Assembly: GCA_963771225.1 (NCBI GenBank)
Contig: CAVYSR010000024.1
Coordinates: forward strand, 101,181-165,180
Origin: an uncultured Pseudomonadota bacterium
GTDB taxonomy: Bacteria > Pseudomonadota > Alphaproteobacteria > Rhizobiales > Xanthobacteraceae
Length of the DNA stretch: 64,000 bases
Reading direction: 5' to 3'
Below the pieces are notes generated by a model. The model was not told the DNA's origin, did not search any database, and saw only the letters and a program-made list of their open reading frames with translations. Position numbers and translations under genes: made by a program. Positions 52,240-63,404 of this stretch are shown here, piece by piece. How positions within the stretch are numbered: position 1 is the stretch's first letter; every line of letters begins with the position of its first letter.

Positions 52240-53123
52240 CAGAAGCCACAGCCACAGAAGCCTTGGCCACAGAAGCCATCGATCTCGATCACTTGCGGCA
52301 ATGGATCGGCCGCACCGAGGAAAAAACCGACATCGTGACCGCGCATCTGGTGGCGGGATTGCGCTCGGCGTTGTTTCTCGACGTCGGAAATCCCAAGCAC
52401 GGCGACGCCGCACCTTTCACCGCGCATTGGTGCCTGACGCTTCCGGTCGTTGCGCTGTCGGAAGTCTCAGCCGACGGCCATCCCACTCGCGGCGGGTTCC
52501 TGCCGCCGGTGCCGTTGCCGCGCCGGATGTGGGCCGGCGGCGCCATCAACTTCGTCGAGCCGCTGCGCGTCGGCGACACCGTGACGCGCGCATCGACGAT
52601 CAAGGACCTGACGCTGAAGACCGGCAGCACCGGCACGCTGTGCTTCGTCTCGGTCGATCACGTGATCTCGACGCCGCGCGGCGTCGCGGTCCGCGAGCGT
52701 CACGATATCGTCTATCGCGAGATGCCCACGGACGGACAGAACGCCACGCCGGCAAAGCCGCCGGCGGCACCGCCTGCCGCCCGGCATTCCGAACGGCATC
52801 TTGCCGATCCGGTATTGCTGTTTCGCTATTCGGCGCTGACCTTCAACGGACACCGCATCCATTATGACCGCGACTACGTGACCAAGGTCGAAGGCTATCC
52901 CGGCCTGATCGTCCACGGCCCGCTGCAGGCGGCGCTGCTGGTCGAACTGGCGGCGAAGCTGCACGGCGGCAAGGCGCCGGCGGCGTTCGTGTATCGCGGG
53001 CTGCAGCCACTGTTCGACGGCAGCGAGTTCAGCGTCAACGCTGCGGATGTTTCGTCCGGCCTCGACCTGTGGACCGCCAATGCGGCCGGGCAGCCCACCA
53101 TGAGGGGCACCGCGACGTGGTGA
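52236..53123 (+). CDS. MaoC/FAS1-like double-hotdog dehydratase (HTD2/mesaconyl-CoA hydratase-like)
   Basis: DGHP, RRMWAGG, LFRYSALTFNGHRIHYD, HGPL. Confidence 0.88.
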   Translation: MTEATATEALATEAIDLDHLRQWIGRTEEKTDIVTAHLVAGLRSALFLDVGNPKHGDAAPFTAHWCLTLPVVALSEVSADGHPTRGGFLPPVPLPRRMWAGGAINFVEPLRVGDTVTRASTIKDLTLKTGSTGTLCFVSVDHVISTPRGVAVRERHDIVYREMPTDGQNATPAKPPAAPPAARHSERHLADPVLLFRYSALTFNGHRIHYDRDYVTKVEGYPGLIVHGPLQAALLVELAAKLHGGKAPAAFVYRGLQPLFDGSEFSVNAADVSSGLDLWTANAAGQPTMRGTATW

Positions 53124-53134
53124 GATTTTAATTC

Positions 53135-53218
53135 CGTCATTGCGAGCGGAGCGAAGCAATCCAGAGCTCGGATCAATAGTTGCAATTGCTGGATTGCTTC
53201 GCTGCGCTCGCAATGACG
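53135..53218. repeat. Long palindromic REP-like element
   Basis: CGTCATTGCGAGCGGAGCGAAGCAATCCAG ... CTGGATTGCTTCGCTGCGCTCGCAATGACG. Confidence 0.82.
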
Positions 53219-53248
53219 AGACCCATATCTCGATAAGGGCTAACGGCA

Positions 53249-54872
53249 TTGTCACGCAAGCCAGCCAAGACCAACGCCTTCCACCACCGTCAAACACGCC
53301 ACGCTCGATCTGTTGCGGGCGTTCGGAATCCGAAAGGTGTTCGGCAATCCCGGCTCGACGGAATTGCCGTTCCTGAGCGACTGGCCCGACGATATCGACT
53401 ACGTGCTGGGACTTCAGGAAGCGTCCGTGATCGGCATGGCCGACGGTTATGCGCAAGCCACCCGCAACGCCGGCTTCGTCAACCTGCATTCGGCTGCGGG
53501 CGTCGGCAATGCGCTCGGCAATATCTACACCGCGCACCGCAACCAGACCCCGCTGGTGATCACCGCGGGCCAACAGGCGCGCAGCATCCTGCCGCTGCAG
53601 GCCTTTCTGTATGCCGAGCGAGCGTCGGAGTTCCCGCGTCCCTATGTCAAGTTCAGCGTCGAACCTGCGCGGCCTGAGGATGTCCCGGCGGCGATCGCGC
53701 GGGCTTACTACGTGGCGATGCAGCCGCCTTGCGGGCCGGCCTTCGTCTCGGTGCCGATCGACGACTGGACGCATCAGGTCGATCCGGTAGAAGCCCGCAG
53801 CATCTCCAGGGAGTTCGGCCCGGATCGCGAGGCGATGGCGGCCCTCGTCGCAGCGCTTTCGGCAAGCCAACGCCCGGCCCTCGTCGTCGGTCCCGGCGTC
53901 GATCGCGCCGGGGCCGTCGATCTGATGGTGCGCGTTGCGGAGAAGACCAAAGCAGCGGTGTGGGTCAGCCCGTTCTCGGCGCGTTGTAGTTTCCCGGAAC
54001 GGCATCCGCAATTTGCGGGCTTCCTGCACGCCTCGCCGGCGCAGCTCTCGGACGCACTTCGCGACCATGATCTGGTGGTGGTGATCGGCGCGCCGGTGTT
54101 TACCTTTCACGTCGAAGGCCGCGCTTCGATCTTCGATGGCGCGACCACGATCTTCCAGATCACCGACGATCCGACCGCCGCCGCGGTAGCGCCGCGCGGC
54201 ACCAGCATCATCGCAACCCTCAAGCCCGCGTTAACGATGCTGATCGATCTTTTGCCCGAGACCCGGCGCGCGCTGCCGGCGGGCCGCATCGTGCCGCCGG
54301 CGCCGGTCGCGGCCGATCCAATTCCAGTTGAATATCTGCTGCACGCGCTCGCGGTCGCCATGCCCGATGACGCCATGCTGGTGGAGGAAGCCCCGTCGCA
54401 CCGTCCGGCGATGCAGAAATTCATGCCGATGCGCGGGCAGGACAGCTTTTACACCATGGCAAGCGGTGGCCTCGGCTACGGCTTGCCGGCCTCGGTCGGC
54501 ATCGCGCTCGGCCATCCCCGGCGCCGCACGGTTTGCCTGATCGGCGACGGCTCGGCGATGTATTCGATCCAGGCGTTGTGGACCGCGGCGCAACGCAGGC
54601 TGCCGCTGACGATCGTGGTGATCAACAATGCCGGTTACGGCGCGATGCGCTCGTTCAGCCAGGTGATGCAGGTGCGCAACGTGCCCGGTCTCGATCTGCC
54701 CGGTATCGACTTTGTGCAGATCGCCCAGGGGCTCGGCTGCGATGCGGTCCGGGTAACAAAAGCATCCGAACTTGAGCCCGCGCTGGCGCGCGGTCTTGCG
54801 CATGACGGCGTCAGCCTGATCGAGGTGATGGTGGATTCGGCGGTGCCGCTACTCTATGCGCAGAAGAGCTGA
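53249..54872 (+). CDS. mdlC: Benzoylformate decarboxylase, frameshift near the 5' end
   Basis: FGNPGSTELPF, GLQE, NLHSAAG, GDGSAMYSIQALW. Confidence 0.85.
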
Positions 54873-54881
54873 AGAGGGGTA

Positions 54882-54976
54882 CTCATCCTGAGGAGCGCGC
54901 CTTTGCGCGCGTCTCGAAGGATAGGCCACGCGGATCATGGTTCGAGACGGCGCAAGCGCGCCTCCTCACCATGAGG
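54882..54976. repeat. REP/RIME-like inverted pair between convergent genes
   Basis: CTCATCCTGAGGAG...CGTCTCGAAGGAT and ATGGTTCGAGACG...CTCCTCACCATGAGG. Confidence 0.8.
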
Positions 54977-54981
54977 GTCTT

Positions 54982-55776
54982 CTATTTCCCGTAAGCTTCT
55001 CGCATCTTCGCCTGAATCTTGGCCATGCCGCCGATCCAGCGATCGTAATTCTCGGTCTTCTTGCGCATGTAGCCCGCGACCTGCGGATGCGGCAGGATCA
55101 CGAATGTCTCCTGCTCCAGCCCCTGCAGGACATCCTGGGCGACCTGCTCCGGCGTCAGATCGCCGTCGCCGGATTGCGGACCCTTCGGGATCGACCGCAG
55201 CATGTTGGTATCGACACCCTGCGGACACAGGATCGAAACGCGGATGCCATGGGCCTTGTGCGAGATCGCAAGGTTCTCGGCAAATCCGACCGCGGCATGC
55301 TTGGTGGTCGAATAGGCCGGGCTTCCCACCTGCGACAGCAGTCCGGCGGCGGAAATCGTGTTGAGAAAATACCCGCCCCCGCGCGCCTTCATGCGCGGAA
55401 CGAGATGCCGCGCGGCGTAGACATGGGCCATGACATTAACGGCCCAGCTCTTGGCCCATGGCTCGTCCGAACTGCCGCCGGCGTTCTCCGACAGCGGATC
55501 GAATCCGCCGCCGATGCCGGCATTGGAGCAGAACAGCGCAATCGGCCCGAACCGCCGCTCGGTTTCCTCGATGACGTGGCGGATGTCTTTTTCCTGGCCG
55601 ACATCGCATTTGAACGCCGCGCCGTCGATCGCGGCGGCGACCGCTTCCGCGCCCGCCAAATCCAGATCGGCAACCACGACCTTGGCCGCACCGGCTTGAT
55701 GAAAGGCTTCACAAAGAGCGCGGCCGATGCCGTTGGCGCCCCCGGTGACAACCACGACCTTGCCGGCGACCTGCAT
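54982..55776 (-). CDS. SDR family oxidoreductase
   Basis: VTGGANGIG, NAG, YSTTK. Confidence 0.92.
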   Translation of the reverse strand: MQVAGKVVVVTGGANGIGRALCEAFHQAGAAKVVVADLDLAGAEAVAAAIDGAAFKCDVGQEKDIRHVIEETERRFGPIALFCSNAGIGGGFDPLSENAGGSSDEPWAKSWAVNVMAHVYAARHLVPRMKARGGGYFLNTISAAGLLSQVGSPAYSTTKHAAVGFAENLAISHKAHGIRVSILCPQGVDTNMLRSIPKGPQSGDGDLTPEQVAQDVLQGLEQETFVILPHPQVAGYMRKKTENYDRWIGGMAKIQAKMREAYGK

Positions 55777-55805
55777 CGTCACGCTCCCGATTTCTTTGAA
55801 ATGTC

Positions 55806-56501
55806 TCAGGCCAGAATGAGATCCAGCACCGCAGTGTAATGACATGCCGCGCCCAGCAGCACAAAGCAATGCCAGATCGCGTTCTGGAAACGCAGCCGCT
55901 GCCATGCGTGAAAAACAATCCCGAAGCTATAGAGCAAGCCACCGGCGACAATAAACCACAGCGCCAGCTGCGGGAGCGACGACAGGCCGGCATCGTAGGC
56001 AATCAATCCGCTCCAGCCCATCGCCAGGTAGAGACCCACCGCTATCCTGTCGAAGCGTCCCGGGAAAAAAAGTTTCAGCACGATCCCGACCGCGGCGACG
56101 CTCCATACTCCGGTCAGCAACGACAGCGCAAATACACGGTCCGGCAGTTGGGCAAAAACCGGCGTATAGGTCGCGGCGATCAGAATGTAGATCGCGGAAT
56201 GATCAAAACGGCGCAGCAGCCATTTTCGTCGCGACACCGGCCAAAGATTATAGGCAGCCGAAAATCCCAGCATGGCGAGCAGGCCTGTCGCGTAGACCGA
56301 CACCGTAACAATTTCATAGGCGGAGGCGAATACCCCAGCCAGCACGATCAGCACGGTGGCCGCGATCAACCCGCAGAACACGCCGATACCATGCACGACG
56401 CCGTCTGCGATCAGCTCGGCACGATCGTAGTTCCAGCGCATCGCGCCGGCCGCCGCGTGGGCGGATGTCGAGGCGAGTTGCTTTAGTCTGAAGATGGTCA
56501 T
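55806..56501 (-). CDS. Hemolysin III (PAQR) family membrane protein
   Basis: FDHSAIYILIAATYTP, YLAMGW, IWHCFV. Confidence 0.9.
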   Translation of the reverse strand: MTIFRLKQLASTSAHAAAGAMRWNYDRAELIADGVVHGIGVFCGLIAATVLIVLAGVFASAYEIVTVSVYATGLLAMLGFSAAYNLWPVSRRKWLLRRFDHSAIYILIAATYTPVFAQLPDRVFALSLLTGVWSVAAVGIVLKLFFPGRFDRIAVGLYLAMGWSGLIAYDAGLSSLPQLALWFIVAGGLLYSFGIVFHAWQRLRFQNAIWHCFVLLGAACHYTAVLDLILA

Positions 56502-56686
56502 GTCGGCCCGGCAAACTGGATGGTGCAGCGATCAATCATGCCCCTTGAGGGTTAACGAACCCCGGCAGGGGACTCCTCGGCTCAAATCGCGTCCTAAATA
56601 TGAAACTTGATTTCCCCCCGCCGATCGCCACTTTCCTGATAGTTTTCCGTTCCATAGCCTTTGTCAAACCGAGCTCCCCCGCCCGC

Positions 56687-58186
56687 ATGGCTGTCAGTTT
56701 TTCCGATATCGTCGAGGAAGCGCGGCTGTCGGCGCGGGCGTTGCTGGACTATGGCGACCACTTTTTCAATCCGACCGTTCGGCTCGGCGTCACCGGCCTG
56801 TCACGCGCCGGCAAGACCGTCTTCATCACCGCGCTGGTTCACGGCCTCACCCGTGGCGGACGTTTCCCGATCTTCGAGCCGTTCGCCACCGGGCGGATCG
56901 CGCAAGCGCGGCTTGCGCCGCAGCCCGACGACGCGGTGCCGCGCTTCGACTATGAAAATCATGTCCGCACCCTGATCGAGGAACGACGCTGGCCGAACTC
57001 GACGGTCGATATCAGCGAGCTGCGGCTCGTCATCGACTATCAGCGGCACAATGGCGCCGACCGCAAGCTGACACTCGACATCGTCGACTATCCCGGCGAA
57101 TGGCTGCTTGACCTGCCGCTGCTCAGCAAGAGCTACGAGCAATGGTCGCTGGAAAGCCTTGAGCTGTCGCGCGAACGTCTGCGCGCGCCGCTGGCAACCG
57201 AGTGGCACACGCATCTTGCAACATTGAACGCCGAGGATCGCGAAAACGAGCAGGCAGCGCTAACCGCCGCACGGCTGTTCACCGATTACTTACGGGCCTG
57301 CCGCAACGAACGCTTCGCCATGAGCCTGTTGCCGCCGGGCCGCTTCCTGATGCCGGGCAACCTTGCGGGCTCGCCGGCGCTGACATTTGCGCCGCTGGAG
57401 CTGCCGGCCAACGCCACAGCCCCCGAAGGATCGCTATGGGCGATGATGCGGCGGCGCTACGAGGCCTACAAGAACGTGGTGGTTCGTCCGTTTTTTCGCG
57501 ATCATTTCTCGCGGCTCGATCGGCAGGTCGTTCTGGTCGATGCGCTGGCGGCGTTCAACGCCGGGCCGGAAGCGCTGCATGACCTCGAGGCGGCGCTGGC
57601 GGGGATTCTCGACTGTTTCAGGATCGGGCGCAGCACGCTTCTCAGCAATTTGTTTCGGCCGCGGATCGACCGTATCCTGTTCGCCGCCACCAAGGCGGAC
57701 CATTTGCACCATTCGAGCCACGATCGGCTGGAGGCGGTGTTGCGGCGAACCGTGGCCCAGGCCGCGGCCCGCGCCGAATATGCCGGCGCCGAGATCGACG
57801 TCGTGGCACTGGCGGCGGTGCGCGCGACCCGCGAGGCGACGGTCGCACGCGGCCGGGAAAAGCTGCCGTCGATCCTCGGCACGCCCGCCGCCGACACGAC
57901 GGCCGGCGGCCAAGGCTTTGACGGTAAAACCTTTGACGGCGGGACTTTTGACGGCGAGACCGAAGTCGCCACCTTTCCGGGCGATCTGCCTGAAGACCCG
58001 GAGGAGCTGTTCAGGGGGGAAGGCGCGTTCCGCGGCCTTTCCAGCGCCAGCGCCGAGAAAACCGATTTTCGCTTTCTTCGTTTTCGCCCCCCCCAACTCG
58101 AGAGCCAGGACGCAGCCGGTCCCGTGCTGCCTCACATCCGCCTCGACCGCGCCCTCCAGTTCCTGATCGGAGACAGACTGCAATGA
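56687..58186 (+). CDS. ycjX: YcjX family P-loop NTPase (DUF463)
   Basis: GLSRAGKT, DYPGEWLLD, ATKAD, HIRLD. Confidence 0.92.
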   Translation: MAVSFSDIVEEARLSARALLDYGDHFFNPTVRLGVTGLSRAGKTVFITALVHGLTRGGRFPIFEPFATGRIAQARLAPQPDDAVPRFDYENHVRTLIEERRWPNSTVDISELRLVIDYQRHNGADRKLTLDIVDYPGEWLLDLPLLSKSYEQWSLESLELSRERLRAPLATEWHTHLATLNAEDRENEQAALTAARLFTDYLRACRNERFAMSLLPPGRFLMPGNLAGSPALTFAPLELPANATAPEGSLWAMMRRRYEAYKNVVVRPFFRDHFSRLDRQVVLVDALAAFNAGPEALHDLEAALAGILDCFRIGRSTLLSNLFRPRIDRILFAATKADHLHHSSHDRLEAVLRRTVAQAAARAEYAGAEIDVVALAAVRATREATVARGREKLPSILGTPAADTTAGGQGFDGKTFDGGTFDGETEVATFPGDLPEDPEELFRGEGAFRGLSSASAEKTDFRFLRFRPPQLESQDAAGPVLPHIRLDRALQFLIGDRLQ

Positions 58187-59214
58187 GCGAGCGATCCAAT
58201 CATCGGCGGCCGGTGACCTTCAAGCTCGACGATCCCGGCGTGATCGTGATGGACCCCGACAATTCCAGCCGCCCGTCCCGCGGCACCGTCCACATCACGC
58301 CCGAGGCCGACCCCGCGTTGCTGCCGGTCCCGATCGAGGCGCCGATTTTGCCGCCGCGACGGGGATTCCGCTGGGGCACCGTATTCTGGACCGCGTTGAG
58401 CGGGCTGATCCTGCTCGGGGTCGGGCTTGGCATTACCGGCCTGATCGAGGATTTGTTCGCGCGCAGCGAGAGCCTCGGCTTGCTCGGGCTGGTTTTTGCC
58501 GCTGCCGCTGCCCTCGCACTATCCGTTGTGGTCGGGCGCGAGATCTTCGGACTGGCGCGGCTTGCGGTGATCGAAAAATTGCATCAGCGCGCGGCCACAG
58601 CCCTGCTCAGCGATGACCGGGCCGAGAGCCGGACCATCGTGCATGACCTGCTTCGGCTGGCGCACCAGAACCCGCAATTGGCGCGGGCGCGCGCTACGCT
58701 GCAAAGCCATACCGACGACATCATCGACGGCGCCGATCTGATCCGGCTGGCGGAACGCGAATTGATGACGCCGCTCGATCAGGAAGCGCGCCGCCTGATC
58801 TCCCAGGCCGCGCAGCGCGTCTCGCTGGTCACCGCCGTCAGTCCGCGCGCCGTGATCGACGTGCTGTTCGTATTCGCGGCGTCCTTGCGCCTGATCCGGC
58901 AATTGGCGCGGCTTTACGGCGGACGGCCGGGAGCGCTCGGAATGATCCGCTTGATGCGTCACGTGGTCGCACATGTCGCCATCACCGGCGGCATGGCGGC
59001 GAGCGATAGCTTGATCCAGCAGGTGCTCGGCCACGGCATCGCGGCGAAATTGTCGCAACGGCTCGGCGAAGGCGTTCTCAACGGGCTGTTGACCGCGCGG
59101 CTCGGGCTTGCCGCGATCGACGTGACGCGGCCACTGCCGTTCGCCGCATTGCCGCGGCCCGCGCTCGGCGATCTGGCAAAGGACCTGCTGCGCAAGCGCG
59201 ACGGCGACGAATGA
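58183..59214 (+). CDS. ycjF: YcjF family membrane protein (DUF697)
   Basis: TAVSPRA, LYGGRPG, GEGVLNGLLTARLG; ATGA overlap with ycjX. Confidence 0.9.
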   Translation: MSERSNHRRPVTFKLDDPGVIVMDPDNSSRPSRGTVHITPEADPALLPVPIEAPILPPRRGFRWGTVFWTALSGLILLGVGLGITGLIEDLFARSESLGLLGLVFAAAAALALSVVVGREIFGLARLAVIEKLHQRAATALLSDDRAESRTIVHDLLRLAHQNPQLARARATLQSHTDDIIDGADLIRLAERELMTPLDQEARRLISQAAQRVSLVTAVSPRAVIDVLFVFAASLRLIRQLARLYGGRPGALGMIRLMRHVVAHVAITGGMAASDSLIQQVLGHGIAAKLSQRLGEGVLNGLLTARLGLAAIDVTRPLPFAALPRPALGDLAKDLLRKRDGDE

Positions 59215-59662
59215 TCGGGCGGCGGCTGCGATAGCTCCGGCGTTGAACCGGTTATTAGCTATCCATCGGCGGCGGAGGTCGTGGCGGCGCCCGCGCGATC
59301 ACATCGGGCACTCGTCGCCAACCAAATTAGATTCGAACATCGCCGAAACTCTCGCCACGACCTCCCAAAACCGGATCGAAACCGAAGCTTGCGCGCTTCC
59401 GCTGCCGGGCCTGGGCGTCGGGAGTTCAGATTTCGATAAAATTGGAACGGCTGGCGTTTTTGCGATGGTGCGCTGTGTCAAATGATGGCGAAACAGGCAA
59501 AAAACGCGAATGCGCCGCGATAATGATCGATTTCCGCCGAAATCCGGATGTCGTTTAAGCTATCAAGCGTGTCGTATACCGCGTATCGTGAGCCCGTCGG
59601 ACGTGCCGGTTTGCGGAGACCGGGAGTTCGTTATCGTTTTTTGATCCCGCGGAGACGACGTG

Positions 59663-59863
59663 ATGGCTAAAGGTACTGTGAAGTGGTTCAACGCGACCAA
59701 GGGCTTCGGATTTATCCAACCTTCAAGTGGCGGCAAAGACGTTTTCGTTCATATTTCGGCGGTCGAGAAAGCTGGCCTTTCCTCGCTCAACGAAGGACAA
59801 ACGGTGGAATACGAAGAGGTTGCCAATCGCGGCAAGACTTCGGCCGAGAACCTCAAGGTTTAA
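59663..59863 (+). CDS. cspA: Cold-shock protein
   Basis: [17 protein letters not shown]. Confidence 0.92.
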   Translation: MAKGTVKWFNATKGFGFIQPSSGGKDVFVHISAVEKAGLSSLNEGQTVEYEEVANRGKTSAENLKV

Positions 59864-60251
59864 CGCCAGGAGCGCGGTTCGCAACAGCGCACTCTCGGAC
59901 CCAATCCGGGAGTGGGGCTTCCAGGAATATCCCAAAAACAAAGACATCCGGCAGGGGCGACTAGCGCCCATGCACGCATTTGAATGGGCGCGGAATGCGC
60001 AGGTTCGATCGATCGACTTTCGCGAGCACTGTTTCGACCGTCATGACCTCTCCGTCATGACTCAGCGCGCGTCCGATAGCCGCGCGGTCACAGGTTGGCG
60101 ACCACTGCGGTCCCCTCCCCCGCCACGCCCGCAAGCCAAAATAAATCTCGCCAAAACCATTGCGGCGGTTTCGCGGTGGCAATGATGGCTGCATATAGAG
60201 GATGGGAACCAAAGGGGATTCACCCCCGGACTTTCCAGCCCCAGACACGCC

Positions 60252-63200
60252 ATGACATCCGATGCCTTTTTCGTTCCGCCTTTTACGGCGGCCTATGCGC
60301 CGGATGATGGCGTTATGGCGGCCCGGCTTCTCAAAACCGCTGACTTGAAGCCCGGACAGAACGAACGCATCGACCGCACCGCGACCCGCCTGATCGACGC
60401 CATCCGCGCTTCCGACGATCGGCTTGGCGGCGTCGAGGACATGCTGCGGGAGTTTGCGCTCTCCACCAAGGAAGGCCTGGCGCTGATGGTGCTCGCCGAA
60501 GCCTTGCTGCGGGTGCCGGACGCCCGCACCGCCGATCAGTTCATCGAGGACAAGCTCGGCCACGGCGACTTCGTCCACCACGAGACCAAATCCAGCGCCT
60601 TTCTGGTCAACGCGTCGGCGTGGGCGCTGGGGATGTCGGCGCGGGTGATTCAACCCGGCGAAACCCCGCAAGGCACTATCGGGCGGCTGGCGAAGCGGCT
60701 CGGCGTTCCGGCGGTACGCGCCGCGACCCGCCAAGCGATGCGGCTGATGGGCAGCCATTTCGTGCTCGGCGAGACCATCGAATCAGCGCTGGCGCGGGCG
60801 CGGCCGCATTCGGCCGCAGCTTCACGCTATTCCTTCGACATGCTCGGCGAAGGTGCGCGCACCGCCGCCGACGCGGAACGCTATTTCAATTCCTACGCCG
60901 CTGCGATCGACGCCATCGGCCGCGCCGCCGACGATCGTCCGCTGCCCGATCGGCCCGGCATCTCGGTCAAGTTATCGGCGCTGCATCCGCGTTTCGAGGC
61001 GTTAAGCCATAGCCGGGTGATGAGCGAACTGGTTCCGCGGCTGCTCGATCTGGCGCGGCGCGCCAGGGCCTTTGATCTCAATTTCACGGTTGATGCCGAG
61101 GAAGCGGATCGGCTGGAACTGTCGCTCGACGTGATCGCGGCCACGCTCGCGGACGCATCGCTCAAAGGCTGGGATGGCTTCGGACTAGCCATCCAGGCCT
61201 ACCAGAAACGCGCCGAGGCGGTGATCGACCATGTCGATGAACTGGCGCGCGGATTGAACCGGCGGATGATGGTGCGGCTGGTCAAGGGCGCCTATTGGGA
61301 CACCGAAATCAAGCGCGCGCAGGAGCGCGGCCTCGACGACTATCCGGTGTTCACCCGCAAGGCGATGACCGACCTGAACTACGTCGCCTGCGCGCAGCAA
61401 CTGCTCACGCTCCGCCCCCGCATCTTCCCGCAATTCGCCACCCACAATGCGCTGACGGTGGCGACCGTGCTTGAACTCGCCGGCACCGAAAACGGTTTCG
61501 AGTTTCAGCGCCTGCACGGCATGGGTGAAGCGCTGTACGCGCAATTGAGCGCCGATCGCCCGAACATAGCCCATCGGACCTATGCGCCGGTCGGCAGCCA
61601 TCGCGATCTCCTGGCCTATCTGGTACGGCGGCTACTGGAAAATGGCGCCAACTCGTCCTTCGTGGCGCTCGCAGGCGACCCCGCCGTTCCGGTGGCGACG
61701 CTGCTGCGCCGTCCAGCCGACATTATCGGCATATCAGCCAACGCCCGGCATCCGAACATCCGCCTGCCGCGCGATCTCTATCAGCCGCAGCGGCTGAATT
61801 CGCGCGGCATCGAGTTCGGCGACCGCGCGGCATTGAACGATTTGGTCTCGGCCATCGCCGCGAGCAGCCCGGATGCCGGCGACATCATCGACGCTGATCC
61901 AAAAACCGCACGCGATGCTGTCATGGCCGCCCGCGCGGGATTTAAGTCGTGGAGCCGAACGCCGCCGCAGAGACGCGCCGAAATCCTGGAGCAAGCCGCC
62001 AACCTGCTCGAACAACGCGCCGCGCATTTCATCGCGCTATTGCAGCGCGAGGGCGGCAAGACGCTCGATGACGCGCTTTCGGAAGTCCGCGAGGCGGTCG
62101 ATTTCTGCCGCTATTATGCAGCCTCGGGCCGCGAACATTTCGGCATGGGCGAAACCATGCCGGGGCCGACCGGCGAGAGCAACCTGCTCGAGTTGCGCGG
62201 CCGCGGCGTATTCATCGCGATATCGCCGTGGAATTTCCCGCTCGCGATCTTCGCAGGCCAGGTTACCGCGGCGTTGATGGCCGGCAATACGGTGGTTGCC
62301 AAGCCCGCCGAACAAACGCCGCGGATTGCAGCCGCGGCCGTTCGCCTGCTGCATGAGGCCGGCGTGCCGGCTTCCGCGCTGCATATGGTGCCCGGCGATG
62401 GAAGCATTGGTGCGGCGCTGGTGGCGCAGCCTGATATCGCCGGCGTCGTCTTCACCGGATCGACCGAGGTCGCCCGGTCGATCAATCGCACCTTGGCTGC
62501 CAAGGACGGCCCGATCGTGCCGCTGATCGCGGAAACCGGCGGCATCAACGCGATGATCGTCGATGCGACCGCGTTGCCCGAGCAGGTCGCCGACGACGTC
62601 GTGACCTCGGCGTTCCGTTCGGCCGGCCAGCGCTGCTCGGCGCTGCGCTTGTTGTTTGTCCAGGACGACGTCGCCGACCGCATGATCGAGATGATCGCAG
62701 GTGCTGCCCGCGAGTTGCGGATCGGCGAGGTCAGCGATCCCGCCGTTCAGGTCGGACCGGTGATCGACGCTGAGGCCAAAGCGCGGTTAGAGGCGCATAT
62801 TGCGCGGATGAAGAACCAGGCGCGCGTGCATTACGCCGGCACGGCGCCCGACGGCAATTACGTCGCGCCGCATATCTTCGAACTGTCCGACGCCGATCAA
62901 CTGACCGAAGAGGTGTTCGGACCCGTGCTGCATGTGGTGCGCTACCCGGCCGACCGGCTCGAGCGCGTGCTGCAATCGATCGAACGCTCGGGCTATGGAC
63001 TGACGCTCGGCATCCACTCGCGTATCGACGACACCATCGAACATGTGATCGACCGGCTTTCAGTCGGCAATGTCTATGTCAACCGCAACATGATCGGCGC
63101 CGTGGTCGGCGTGCAGCCGTTCGGCGGCCACGGATTGTCCGGCACCGGTCCCAAGGCCGGCGGGCCGCATTATCTGACGCGCTTTGCGACCGAACAAACC

Positions 63201-63260
63201 GTCAGCATCAACACCTCGGCCGCCGGCGGCAATGCCGCGCTGATGTCCGATTTGGAGTGA
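60252..63260 (+). CDS. putA: Bifunctional proline dehydrogenase/P5C dehydrogenase
   Basis: SFDMLGE, RLVKGAYWD, RRLLENGANSSF, ETGG, SAGQRCSALR. Confidence 0.96.
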   Translation: MTSDAFFVPPFTAAYAPDDGVMAARLLKTADLKPGQNERIDRTATRLIDAIRASDDRLGGVEDMLREFALSTKEGLALMVLAEALLRVPDARTADQFIEDKLGHGDFVHHETKSSAFLVNASAWALGMSARVIQPGETPQGTIGRLAKRLGVPAVRAATRQAMRLMGSHFVLGETIESALARARPHSAAASRYSFDMLGEGARTAADAERYFNSYAAAIDAIGRAADDRPLPDRPGISVKLSALHPRFEALSHSRVMSELVPRLLDLARRARAFDLNFTVDAEEADRLELSLDVIAATLADASLKGWDGFGLAIQAYQKRAEAVIDHVDELARGLNRRMMVRLVKGAYWDTEIKRAQERGLDDYPVFTRKAMTDLNYVACAQQLLTLRPRIFPQFATHNALTVATVLELAGTENGFEFQRLHGMGEALYAQLSADRPNIAHRTYAPVGSHRDLLAYLVRRLLENGANSSFVALAGDPAVPVATLLRRPADIIGISANARHPNIRLPRDLYQPQRLNSRGIEFGDRAALNDLVSAIAASSPDAGDIIDADPKTARDAVMAARAGFKSWSRTPPQRRAEILEQAANLLEQRAAHFIALLQREGGKTLDDALSEVREAVDFCRYYAASGREHFGMGETMPGPTGESNLLELRGRGVFIAISPWNFPLAIFAGQVTAALMAGNTVVAKPAEQTPRIAAAAVRLLHEAGVPASALHMVPGDGSIGAALVAQPDIAGVVFTGSTEVARSINRTLAAKDGPIVPLIAETGGINAMIVDATALPEQVADDVVTSAFRSAGQRCSALRLLFVQDDVADRMIEMIAGAARELRIGEVSDPAVQVGPVIDAEAKARLEAHIARMKNQARVHYAGTAPDGNYVAPHIFELSDADQLTEEVFGPVLHVVRYPADRLERVLQSIERSGYGLTLGIHSRIDDTIEHVIDRLSVGNVYVNRNMIGAVVGVQPFGGHGLSGTGPKAGGPHYLTRFATEQTVSINTSAAGGNAALMSDLE

Positions 63261-63404
63261 TGCCGTTGCGCGCGCCATGACGTGGAAACTGCGGTTGCAT
63301 CTCGCTGACAACATCGGTCAAATGCGCCGTCCAAATTCACCTGTCGCAACAGCGATTCCACGCCGCGGAATAAAACCAACAACAATCACGGGAGCGAGAG
63401 CACC

